A DNA stretch of 23,955 nt from Paraphysomonas bandaiensis (GCA_965644295.1 CBFFRP010000278.1:1-23955); one strand, 5' to 3'; positions 1-11,500 are shown, counted from the stretch's first letter. The notes: generated from the sequence alone by a model not told the origin. A program made the numbers and translations.

Positions 1-42
1 ACACACGATAAAGGCGAATTTCATATCACACAAAAAGAACGG

Positions 43-228
43 AAGTGGTTGCACCTTGGTGCTTGCGGCGACGCACAAGCAGCTTTCGTAGCGTTAAATA
101 GTAGGATAAAAGAGTTTGTATTGATTAGTTACGGGTAGTGGTCTAACTAGTATGACTAGCATTCTTCTAGCCACTAATTGATGCAAGGTCTCAACGCCTA
201 TTGCTAAATAATCAGACATTCACTACTA
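43..228. repeat. Copy of a dispersed degenerate repeat, homologous to 19656-19808; partial copies at 584-607 and 3289-3333
   Basis: aagtggttgcaccttggtgcttgcggcgacgcacaagcagctttcgtagcgttaaatagtaggataaaagagtt...acgcctattgctaaataatcagacattcactact aligns with aagtgatggcaccatggtgctttgcagtggcgcacaagcagtttttgagcgtgaaatagtaggatatcagagtt...acgcctattgctaatacagacattcactact. Confidence 0.8.
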
Positions 229-947
229 TAGCTCATGAATAGTATGGAAGAGGTGATATAAATAAAATATATTTGGGAAATGGAGATATCGTATGGCTCT
301 CGTAGTAGGTATCTTACTTGTACAAGGTTTAGTTAGCTAAACTTTGCTCTACAGTATCTATATGCTATGTATATAACACATATGACTTAATTCAAAATGA
401 ATGAAGTTCAGCATTTTGCTAGAATAATTGAAACTCTTTTACAATGTTCATCGATTCCGCTTTATATCTGCTTTAAGCATAAAACATACGTCTAACATTA
501 AACTCAACAAAATGAACGAGCACAAGACTATCTGTATAAGATACGACAAATAAAAATAGATTTTATTCACATTGACAGATCAAAAGTGGTTGCACCTTGA
601 TGCTTGCAGATTTATTTTGGAATGACAAGAATTACATAATATAGTAAAATATAGCACATCTGTTGTATGTTATGTTTGTGCTCGGTGTAACGATAGAACT
701 GAAACACTATTAAAGTACACGATAACACTATTTGATAACCACTCTCGTCATACAGTGAGCCATTCTCCGCTTTATTCATCGTTACTTGCAAATAAAAAGT
801 AATGCAATTTATGTCATCTCTGAAAGCACAACGGTATAATCAATCTTTAGAAGCGAACAGGAGTTGAGAATAATGCTACATATAAATTATAATTTCATTA
901 TATATTATTTAGCTAAGTTATCATGAAAATGCACCATTATAATGTGC

Positions 948-1240
948 CTATTCCTTCTTCTTTGACTCCAGATTTTCAATCTCTGCCAGCTCCCCGATAT
1001 CACTCTACAAAGACACATTAACCGCATCACCACTGTAAAAAAAAAACTTACAACTCCTGCCATTTGTCGGATAGACATTACGTATATCCCGCAAACCATA
1101 GCCAATAGTGTGACAGCCACCACTGCATTCTTTTGCGTGGGTCTATTTCCATCAGACGGGCGACACATGTTGCGAGATATAACAACACGGGAGCGATACC
1201 CCATTAGGCTTTTCTGAAGAAATCGAACATTTTGTATCAT
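948..1240 (-). CDS. COA3: Small single-TM mitochondrial protein resembling cytochrome c oxidase assembly factor 3 (COA3/CCDC56); 2 exons (1240-1052, 1004-948), 81 aa
   Basis: Removing a 47-nt GTAAGT...TTGTAG intron (1051-1005) from the 905..1240 ORF gives MIQNVRFLQKSLMGYRSRVVISRNMCRPSDGNRPTQKNAVVAVTLLAMVCGIYVMSIRQMAGV|SDIGELAEIENLESKKKE*. The N-terminus is Arg/Ser-rich like a presequence. It is followed by KN + hydrophobic helix + GIY..SI + an acidic coiled tail, which is the COA3 pattern (RN/KN..TM..GIY.YT...acidic). Family assignment is by eye. Confidence 0.6.
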
Positions 1241-2485
1241 TTGGATGGAGTTGTGGGTGAGGGAAAGTAGCTGCTATATACTTATGTGGAATATATTTGC
1301 ACAGTGAGCAAGAGATATACACATACATAATATACATATACACCATACAGGCGTATAGGCAGGTATACATACATACACCACCATACTGCACATACACAGT
1401 ATATACTACATAGGTATACGTGTGCGTATATGGCAGTATACCTCTGGGTAACTTCGAAGTGAATGTGATGTGGATATATGTATATATGGGTACATGATTC
1501 AGAGGCTCTGCTGCTGCCTCTACTCACAGACACGAGTGAGGACTATCAACAGTGTGTGGTCATAGTGGTGTATAGTGGTGTGTGCTCCTCATGAGGAGAG
1601 AGACTCGTATGATCATATGAATAATACCGCAGCAGATACACACACTTACATACAGAACACCCACACACACATACATGCATAGACCGCATGGAGCACCCTG
1701 AATAGTCATACAACTGAAACAGAAGCGTTCACCACTAATGCGCTCCTGAGTATGTTACTTTATATGGTGTATCTGCATTAATGGTGCTGTGGAAGCATAG
1801 TATCCGTTAGAAGACTGTGACGCTGTTGCTAACCGCTCTGGTGGTGATCATCCATACTGCATCATCTCGTTACGATCTGATGTGTGCTGTATATTCGACA
1901 GAGGTTACATGTATGTATGAGATGAGGGTGCTGTGCAGACAAGAGATGAGTGTCAGTGTGTCGTATACCACACACTGTTGTAGCGTATGAACTTGTATGC
2001 AACACTGGACTGATTACTTAATCTACAGATTGACTTATACAAACTACGGTACGACACTCTGTGCTTTTGGTCTACCTCATAAACACTGGAAAGTATTTCA
2101 CTACCAACTCACAGGTCATAATTGAGATTGCAGCAACCATCTGGAAACATGAATTATCATGGATAATACAGCAGTAATGTTGGTAAATTACTTTGTGTAT
2201 TTGAAATATTGATAAAATCTTGCTGCTGGTAACATGTCTGGTTGGGGATGTATTGTTTCATTGGTATTAATTCCATTTAATGTATGATTTCATTTGTTTC
2301 GTGTCTGCGCACGTTTTTGCCTGTGATTCATTTTCGTTACAATTGACTTCCGCTTGGAATTTCAACAAGTGTGCATTTACGTATTTACTTCGTCAGAATG
2401 GTTGAAATGTCTCGTGAAACTGATAGCAAGGGAAATTCGGCAAGGGAAATACTGACTGTTGGAATGCGTAGGTGTCTCAAGATAG

Positions 2486-3105
2486 ACACACATAACGGGA
2501 GAAGGGGGCTTCTTCGAATCTGTAATGGTCTAAAGCGAATGTATATACTGATAACAGGCACTGTTAATATATACTGACTGCGCCCTGTTATACGTAGTAG
2601 TAATAGTAGACACTAATAGTACACACTTGTAATTCTCCTATAGTATTTTGACATTATATAATAAGGTATATTTTGAGGTATATTTACATACTCTTTTAAT
2701 TATTAAGATTTATATTTTTAGTATCAAAACATACCAGTAAACAGTAAATATACCCAGAAGATCGATTGATAAAAGTACTATACGATATACAATATAAAAT
2801 ATAGTGATCGACGTATACTAAACTCCGAATGAAGTGCACCAATGCGATGTATGATTTACTGATGATTGACGATTGACGTATATATATACTTTGGTAATTT
2901 ACTTCATATTTTAACTGTTAAATTAAAAAATATATATAATACGAATACTATAGGAGTATTACAAGTGTGTACTATTAGTGTCTACTATTACCACTACGTG
3001 TAACAGGGCACAGTCAGTGTATATTAACAGTGTCTGTTACCAGTATATGCAGTCGCTATAGATCAATACAGATTCGAAGTAATTCCCTTCTCCCGCTGTG
3101 TGTGT
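2486..3105. mobile_element. Non-autonomous TIR element (MITE-like), 620 bp, ~160-bp imperfect terminal inverted repeats, 5-bp target-site duplication GATAG
   Basis: Bases 2486-2647 (acacacataacgggagaaggg...cactaatagtacacacttgtaattctcctatagtatt) are the reverse complement, with scattered mismatches, of 2944-3105 (aatactataggagtattacaagtgtgtactattagtg...cccttctcccgctgtgtgtgt). GATAG flanks both ends (2481-2485 and 3106-3110). The interior is AT-rich with no credible ORF. Confidence 0.9.
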
Positions 3106-3814
3106 GATAGAGCTGTAGTATACTTTAAATATAATGTGAAAATCAGTAATACGTAGCCAAAATACGGTATAGCAGCTATAGTGTAGACTATAGCTATAAC
3201 TATAAACTGAACGATTCAAGATAAGGAAGGTTGGCGATATGCTTTAAGGTTTATGCGACATGACACAGTTGTGTATAATAATCTAATCGTTTTGCTACAA
3301 TAGTTCTGATGCACTCTTACACGCTTATTGATAGTAATTGTCATTCAATGATATAGTAATCTATCGAATCTGACGACTTTACAAAGTAACAAAATGAGCA
3401 AAAGTCAATACTGATTTTTACTTTAGGCTCACGCCTATGCCTATATCGATATATATCTCTATTCTTCGACTACTGAGTGACCTGGCCTGAGCTATGCTGC
3501 ATTGGTTTGATCTCACTGCTATGATCTCATTGTTCTGCAATTCGTAGAATTTGCGCGCGATCAATATGGTCAGCCAAGATGGTGAACGGGTGGGCGGATG
3601 TGTGACAACGTAGAATCAGCGCAAAATCTTGGTGTTGAATGTGGTGGTGTACCAGCGAGTCTACACTATGGCCGCACTGCCGGAGTGGAGCACGTAGGTA
3701 TAGGCGACCATAGTTGGTTACTAAGTTTTAAACTTAAAGTTGACCAGTTCGAATCATTTATATCTTTGACAAAACCCAAATCCCATACTAACTTATAGCG
3801 ACGACCGTACTGAC

Positions 3815-4007
3815 TCAGTTCAATAAGACATCTCTGCATATCTCTGTAGTAATAACGGTGGTACATGGGCATGGAGGGTCCTGTGAACGAAGCCATTTCA
3901 AAACATTTAAGTGGCCACACTCTGCAGCGATCTCAATATAAGTCCGTCCACCCCATTGACAGGGAAGGTCCTGTGAACGAACCACTTAAAACATCAAGTG
4001 CTCACCC
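3815..4007 (-). pseudogene. Out-of-frame, degenerate continuation of the ankyrin-like repeat array beyond the stop codon
   Basis: After the TGA at 4008-4010 the minus strand reads cacttgatgttttaagtggttcgttcacaggac, which is the canonical cacttggatgttttaaagtggcttcgttcacaggac with three 1-nt deletions. It then encodes RSQDLPCQWGGRTYIEIAAECGHLNVLKWLRSQDPPCPCTTVITTEICRDVLLN*. Confidence 0.75.
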
Positions 4008-5525
4008 TCATGTCAGCATCCAAGCATCTAAGTTGCAAATAATTTCATTCGCTGGGCATGGAGGGTCCTGTGAACGAAGCCACTTCAGAACACCAAAGCG
4101 GAATGATTTTGCAGCGGCAGTGCAAGTGGCTTCATTCCATGGGCATGGAGGGTCCTTTAAACGAAGCCACGTCAGAACATTCAAGTGTCCACCTCTAGCA
4201 GCCATGGCGCAAGTGGTTTCATCCCATGGGCATGGAGGGTCCTGTGAACGAAGCCACTTTAGAATCTCCAAATGTCCACACTCTGCAGCAACAACAATAC
4301 AAGTCCGTCCATCCCATGGACAGGGAGGTTCCTGTGAACGAAGCCATTTCAGAACATCCAAGTATCCACACTCTGCAGCAACACTGCAAGTGGCTTCATT
4401 CCATGGACAGGGAGGGTCCTGTGAACGAAGCCACTTCAGAACATCGAAGTGTCCACCTCTAGCGACCATTACGCAAGTTGATTCATCATCCCATGGGCAT
4501 GGAGGTTCCTGTAAACGAAGCCATTTCAAAACGTCCAAGTGTCCACCTCTAGCAGCCATGACGCAAGTGGCTTCATCCCATGGACAGGGAGGGTCCTGTG
4601 AACGAAGCCACTTCAGAACCTCCAAGTGTCCACACTCTGCAGCAACCACAATACAAGTCCGTCCATCCCATGGACAGGGAGGTTCCTGTGAACGAAGCCA
4701 TTTCAGAACGTCCAAGTGTCCACCTCTAACAGCAACACTGCAAGTCCAATCATTCCATGGGCATTGAGGGTCCTGTGAACGAAGCCACTTTAAAACATCC
4801 AAGTGTCCAACAAAAGCAGCCTGTATGCAAGTCCATTCATCCCATGGGCATGGAGGTTCCTGTGAACGAAGCCAGTGAAGTACATCCACATGTCCACCGC
4901 TAGCAGCAGCACTGCATGTCTTTGTGTACCACAGAAACTTAGGGTCTTCTGAACGAAGCCAGCACAGTACATCCAAATGTCCACCTCTAGCACCAGCCTC
5001 GATGCAAACCTGTGTTTCCCATGGACATGGAGGTTCCTGTGAACGTAGCCAACGCAGTACATCCAAGTGTCCACCTCTAGCAGCAGCACTGCAAGTCTGT
5101 CCATCCCATGGACATAGAGGTTGCTGTGAATGAAGCCACTTTAGAACATCCAAGTGTCCACCTCTAGCAGCATTTTCTGCAGCCTTACAAGTTCGCTTAT
5201 TACCCCATTTGTATATAGGGTGCTGTGTATGTGTATATATACGGCATATGAGGTGTTGCAGCTGTTCGAGTCTGCCATCCAGTGCACATCTATTTATTAT
5301 CAGTATGTGTGGGCAGCCCATAGACAGAGCCCATGAGACCATTGAGTTGGTCATACAGTAGTGAGATGCACGTGACTCAAGTCTCTCTCTGCTCTTGTCT
5401 CTCGTGCTATCAGCCATATCGTGAAGTCTCTTACAAGTCATCATCACAGGAAGGAGAGCTGAGTGTGGGATCATAGAGATGATGACACGAATCACATCAT
5501 CATTAAGATCAGATATATTCAACAT
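4008..5525 (-). CDS. Intronless F-box-like domain + 13 tandem 29-30-aa ankyrin-like repeats (GHLDVLKWLRSQ(E/D)PPCPW type), 505 aa
   Basis: The N-terminus ISDLNDDVIRVIISMI......VMMTCKRLHDM fits the F-box consensus (L..LP.E.L..I...L......L..VCK.W). It is followed by 13 units of consensus ARGGHLDVLKWLRSQ(E/D)PPCPWDxxTCxxA. The ORF is uninterrupted. Confidence 0.88.
   Translation of the reverse strand: MLNISDLNDDVIRVIISMIPHSALLPVMMTCKRLHDMADSTRDKSRERLESRASHYCMTNSMVSWALSMGCPHILIINRCALDGRLEQLQHLICRIYTHTQHPIYKWGNKRTCKAAENAARGGHLDVLKWLHSQQPLCPWDGQTCSAAARGGHLDVLRWLRSQEPPCPWETQVCIEAGARGGHLDVLCWLRSEDPKFLWYTKTCSAAASGGHVDVLHWLRSQEPPCPWDEWTCIQAAFVGHLDVLKWLRSQDPQCPWNDWTCSVAVRGGHLDVLKWLRSQEPPCPWDGRTCIVVAAECGHLEVLKWLRSQDPPCPWDEATCVMAARGGHLDVLKWLRLQEPPCPWDDESTCVMVARGGHFDVLKWLRSQDPPCPWNEATCSVAAECGYLDVLKWLRSQEPPCPWDGRTCIVVAAECGHLEILKWLRSQDPPCPWDETTCAMAARGGHLNVLTWLRLKDPPCPWNEATCTAAAKSFRFGVLKWLRSQDPPCPANEIICNLDAWMLT
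4050..5175 (-). repeat. Coding tandem repeat array of 87-90-bp units with high DNA-level identity
   Basis: The motif cctgtgaacgaagcca(c/t)ttcagaac...aagtgtccac recurs every 87-90 nt. Near-identical blocks at ~4261-4352 and ~4615-4706 are offset by 354 nt, equal to 4 units. Confidence 0.95.
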
Positions 5526-8500
5526 ATCAACACTGATTCATAGTGTATATGAGACTGTTAAAGTGCTTATACACTCCAAGTCACATGAATACTAGTACCA
5601 CTCTACACAGCAGAGTACCATACCGCATACCCACCATATGGTAGCTAGGTACACGTATAGGCGTATATACCAGTGTAGGTGTGTATGTACATGTAGGGGA
5701 CGAGAAGACCAAAGATCACAAGAATATCCTCCACTTCGAAGTAGGAATTCAAAGTGGACCAGCCCTCCACTTGTCGGACTGTATTTGGTCCCACTCGAAA
5801 TAAAAAAAATATTGTGGTCATTTTGACTACAATTTCAAAGCTCTACACTCATATTCCATACGAAAAAACACAATACAAAAAAATAAAGTGGGACCAGACT
5901 GGTCCGCTTTGTCGAAAAACGTCTACTACGTAGCCTGACACACATACACTGTACCAATCATGTACGTATAACAGGTAGGTACAGTATGTACTTTGTACTG
6001 GTACCTACCCACTGCTACGACGTGTACTTACCTACCTACAAACGTACAAACTTACATATACATACGTACAGACCACTCGCGATATATCGCGATTTTCTAT
6101 TATTTAGACTAAAAAATCCCGGGTTTTGCAGAGGAGTATCTTGAAACTTACAAATGTACGTACAGAGTATGTCCTCAATGTGACGGTGGTAACAGTCGAT
6201 GTTACTATAAGAAGAATTAAGTGAACAATGAAGCATTAAAGAGCAATCAGAGCAATCAGTACTATGTGAGAAGGCCTCTAGATTGTGGTGTAGCAATAAT
6301 GATATCAATGATTGAAAGCCTCATCAGAGTATGTGAAGGTACACTCCGGAGAAACGAGAGAGTTGATGTGAGCTCATACAGCAGGAGGTTGCCCCCGACA
6401 CTAGCTTGATTACCCCCGACACTAGCTGCCTATATCGACAATAACGAGGGCCGTACAAACAGGCACTGTACACCTATTTCAGACCATGATCTTCTATCTA
6501 TATGATTTCAACTGTCAACGATGTACCGGATGTTGCTAGTCTTGTATAGCTACACAGTTTGTGGTAACAACAACACGTGTGAAACGTTGACTGATAAACT
6601 AGTGGTAAACTGGGTTCTTGCTGAAGATAATTCTGATGTCATCGATCTTGAAGTGGATGATCTCACAGACAGACATGTCTGATACGCTCGTGATGGAGGA
6701 ACTTGAAGTTAATGAAAGAACAGATGTCAGTTTCCAGGAAGCAGAAATTGATCTACATACTGTCATTGATTATGCTATGCAAGATTGCCAACCTTCAGAT
6801 GCGTTAGCTACTTTAAGAAAAGTTGCAAAATGACATTCGTCAAAGAAGAATTACGAAGCATACAAAAACCCAGGTATCTATGGATCAATTTCTTATACAG
6901 CACAAGTAGTCTTTGTTAAATGCTATCTAACTTGATGCTCATACAGAATTTGATTAACATCTAACTAAAATGAGTAAATAAATACCGTATTTGCTAATAA
7001 TCTACTGCTCGTATAAATACTCCATAACATCATACAACTGTTGCTGTATGTCTCTCCTCGCTACTAAAACAACTACTATATAAACCCCCAGAATTGTCTC
7101 ATACAGCACCACTGTAGTCATACATTATTCTGCTGCACTGACGCTTTAGAAGGTGTCTAAGCTCCATAGAGTCCACCCTGCCTGTGAACCCACTACACAT
7201 GGCGAGTCAGCTGCTCACAAACAGCTATCCTCTGAGCACTGAGCACTGTATTCATGTATTCATACATCTGCAGCAGCAACAAAACTTACCAAGCATCAGA
7301 GTCTATCGGCAGCAGGCATGAGAGACGTCATGCAAAAGAAGATGCTCTACTCTGCTGTGTGTTCATTTATACACTACAGGTATGTGAGCTTATGACATAC
7401 ATATATAATGTTAGACGTGTGCACGCACTTGGTGTCTATAATCATACACACCGCTGCCATGCTGAGTAACAGTTTCAAAACAAATCCCACAACAGAGTTT
7501 TTAAAGTAAAAATCGTGGGTTTTTACTTTTTAGCTATAAACTATATCACGACTTCCTTTCCCGGACCCTGATCGCGTTTTATTGCGAGCTGCTGTACTGC
7601 AATTTCAAGTGCAGTACGTTGTACGACGTAGTATACATGAGCTCTTTCATTACAAGGGGTCATGAAATGAGTGTTGAGATGTTAGCCAAAGTGCTGATGT
7701 GATGTATTTTTCTTATGAAGAATAAAGTAGTAACTTCCGTATATATGATACTGTACCATACAACTACCTACCTGATGTAGTCATATATATATTCATATAT
7801 GTACAGTAGCCTAATATATAATGGATATACTATCATCCAACAACTTACAGCATAACCCAATTAAATTTAATATATATACATAGAGAGTCTTCTATTTAAT
7901 TGATCGTATCTGTGTGAATCTATGAGTTATATACAGCTATAAAAACTGCTTGTGTAAAAGCATTCTAATAACAGCAAATGGAAATAAACTTTTCTTGATC
8001 ATATATCCTCTCCGAGTTAGAACTATAGATCTTGATATAACACTCCTTAAATATAATATTGATTTAATACTCATATCAATTTTATTTGCTGTACAATGAA
8101 TGTAATCGTATAGTTGGACAACTCAATATCTTTTAGGCAACCAACTTAACTGCATTCCCTTGTCGTATGCATTCATAATTTATAGTATTCATTTTCACTT
8201 TTTCTGTATATCAAATCTACATTAGTAGATTCTGAACTTGCTGAACAGCTCTTGACTCAACTAGTTGTACATATATTTATTTGTATGAATGTTTACTGGG
8301 TACCGACGAAGGAATAACTATGTATATAATATATATTTTCGTATTAAAATTACATATGTAAAAACCACACGACGTTACTTAAGGTAATCTAAAGGAGTTA
8401 AAAATACGATTATTATTTAACGTCCAGAAGAATAAGAATCACATTAGAACATATACTCAATATTGGCTGTACAAACAACGAGCGAAAACAAGGAATAACC

Positions 8501-8586
8501 GCAGGCTACGAATGGCTTTGAGAAGTCGGTAGTGGTTTATCCGAGATCGACCTGTTAATTCAAGACATTATTAACGATAAAAAACC

Positions 8587-11500
8587 TTAACTATAGAGTA
8601 CACACCCAGGTTCACAATGATGTGGGTTCTGACACGGCCCGGAGCACATGGGGCTTCCCAGCCCTTCTCTATCGCCATACCTTCCACGAGGGCATGGCTC
8701 CTATTCAGTAGTGAATCTACTTCAACAATGGAAAAAGTATACGCATACCTCAACACTAATGGTAGATCCCACAGGGCAGTAGAAGCCCTTACGACAGGGA
8801 CCAGAACACAAGGGCGATGACAGCTCAGTCGTGTCCCCATACCTCCCAGCAGGACATTCTCGCAGCACGCCGTGTACGCAATACGTGCCTGGTGGACAGA
8901 CTCGGATATCGTCCCTACATAAAATGCCTCTATTTAATTGACTTCGCAGTCGATCAACTGGTATACCTCGTAGAGCTATTTCCATGTATGGAATAATATC
9001 CAGGAGGTACAACTAAGGGTTTAGGGGAACCTGGTGGGCAATACAGCGCATTGCGAGTGACTTCAGTTGCTACGATTCCACTCAATCCGTCGCGATAGAC
9101 AGAGATATAATCTCCACACTCGAGTTCATACTGTGAAGTACTCCCTTCTGGACAGTAGTAGCCTGGTGCGCAGAGATCAGTGCATGCCGAATTAGCCAGT
9201 CCAGTGGTATTTCCTGTATACATCCTCACACCCTCATCACGACAATGACATCTTCATTACCGTATCTGCCTGCTGGACAACGCCGAGATGTCCCATTCCT
9301 GGAGGCGGTAGGACAATAGTACCCAGCGGGGCATAGTGCGCTACATTCTGGCGTTGTCAGGGCAACATCGCTTCCATAAACCCCTGCGGCCCATTATCAA
9401 CCAATTTATTTAGTCAAACTGACGACAATACCTGGAGGGCATGGTATCTTTACACCTTTGTTGCAGTAATACCCCCTAACATACATATATACACCATCAC
9501 AAGATGCAATCTGTACAGGCAGGACACGCTCTTACAATTCACATTGCGTCTGGTCCGTTCGTTGGGTGGAAGAAGTACCGCCAATTGAGTAATATCCAGG
9601 TGATACTGGAATAGGTGCGGACGACGCTTTTGGGCAGAATACATCTGCGAAATGTTACATAACGTTTAAACCAGATTGATAAAAACTCACCACTTCCTCC
9701 ACATTCAGTGGGTACGGGTGTGGAGGATCCTTCCTCACAGTAAAACCCCTCCTTGCATTGGGCATCACTGATATCCTGGTTACTGCACAGCTCCTCTGAA
9801 CAAGGAACTGCGCAAGTCGAGTCTTTTAGACCAGTATAAGCACCGAATGCTCCTGGACAGATATCGAGTCACATACACAACATTCAAGCATCATTCGCAT
9901 ACCAGGGGGGCACTTTGTCGGAGTGGTAGACCCTGAGGGACAGTAATGCCCCAGTGGACATACAGCCGTACAATTACTATTGGTAAGGCCATATTCACTG
10001 CCATAAGTACCAGCTGGACAAGGAATTTGATCAGGTTTCGTTGATCCCTCAGGACAGTAGTGTCCAGGGTGACACAAGCCTACAAAGAGTACACATATTG
10101 GAGGAGAAAACCTGAAAGCGTCAATGTCCTACCTGAACAGAAATCTGCATTTAACTCTCCAAAAACAGGTCCGACAGCATTAGACAGGCCACGCACTGCG
10201 CCATACGTTCCTGCTGGACAAAAAAATCGTTCACCTGTGGTCTCAGCACAGTAATATCCTTCGTCGCATATGCGCTGGTCTTCTCGAGTGAAACTGCTGT
10301 TTCCCCCAATCGAATAGTAACCTCTTGACACTGGAATGGGCATACTACTTCCCTCAGGACAGTACAGTGCACTGCTGCCACATTCCATTGAAGTCGCTCT
10401 AGTGCTCCCAGCGGGGCAGTAGTAGCCTTTTTGACAGAGACCCGTGCAAGTAATATTCGACAGCCCTATCTGTGATCCATATCGGCCTGCAATATAATGA
10501 CGACAAGTGAGTTTTGGTGAGAAAATCGACTTTTCAGAGCATAACTACAGTAATATAGTACCTGCCGGGCATATATTTCCTGTAGCATAAATACTTCCTT
10601 CAGGGCAGTAGTATCCTAAAGGACATTTTCCACTACATTCTCTTGTTTTGAGACCTACGAAAACAAATCAAAGAAAGCAAAGTGACAAACACTGAATTTA
10701 TTTTCGAACCTTCGGAATCGCCATATGTGCCACCTGGACACTCTCTTTTAGTTTTGCCGTCTGGACAATAATGCCCCATTGGGCACACAATGGGTACCAC
10801 AGAACCAGTAGGACAGTATGTCCCAACTGGACACATACCAGTACATTCTCTAGTTGACAAATAGGACTGGTTTCCATAAGTTCCCACTGGACATTCATTT
10901 TCAACACCATCTACACAGTAGTGTCCAGGACTACAAGCCACCGATGATACTCGAGACTGAATTGATTCGGGCGATGCCAACCCATATATATCCAACGTTT
11001 TCTCACCAATTCCAGCCAACAAAGGAGCCCCACTACCAGGTGGACAGAATAGTTCTCCATGTCCACCACACAGATGCTGACAACTGACAGTAGATCCGCC
11101 TGTACAGAAACAACCTGCTCGGCACTTACCAGAGCAGAACTGATTGGAATTGCCAGAGACATTCCCAAACCGCCCAGCTGGACAGTCTAGACAATGCACA
11201 TGTGGCGATCCTTCAGAAGAATATTCATCATCTCTGTATCGCCCAACTGGGCAATCAATAGGTTCATCACACAGCCCCATCGCACCACAAAACTGGGACT
11301 TGCATGTCCTGTCAAATGCATGTAATGCACAAGCGAATCGCGGAGGTTTATCACATGACCCACACTTCTGACCGTTCAGACGTCCAAATGGGGCTTCATC
11401 AAAAAAGTAGAAAGTTCTCCCACCCTGGGCGTAGTCCTCGTCCACATAGTCATAAAGGTCAACGTGCTTGATCATCTGAAAGTTTTGTGTCAAGCTATTT

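Noticed and set aside
1152-1533. Tyr/Val/Cys/Met-rich short ORFs (similar ones at 13589-14221)
   Set aside because: They derive from TA/CA/TG-rich low-complexity non-coding DNA.
3865-4767. 300-aa + strand ORF (HGQGGSCERSHFRTSKCPP repeats) and other overlapping small ORFs
   Set aside because: Antisense or alternate-frame shadow of the ankyrin-like repeat array. A stop-free repeat unit propagates an open frame.
4050-5175. Regularly spaced repeats with variable intervals, superficially CRISPR-like
   Set aside because: The units are in-frame coding repeats (87-90 nt) whose 'spacers' are homologous to each other. The context is eukaryotic and there are no cas genes.
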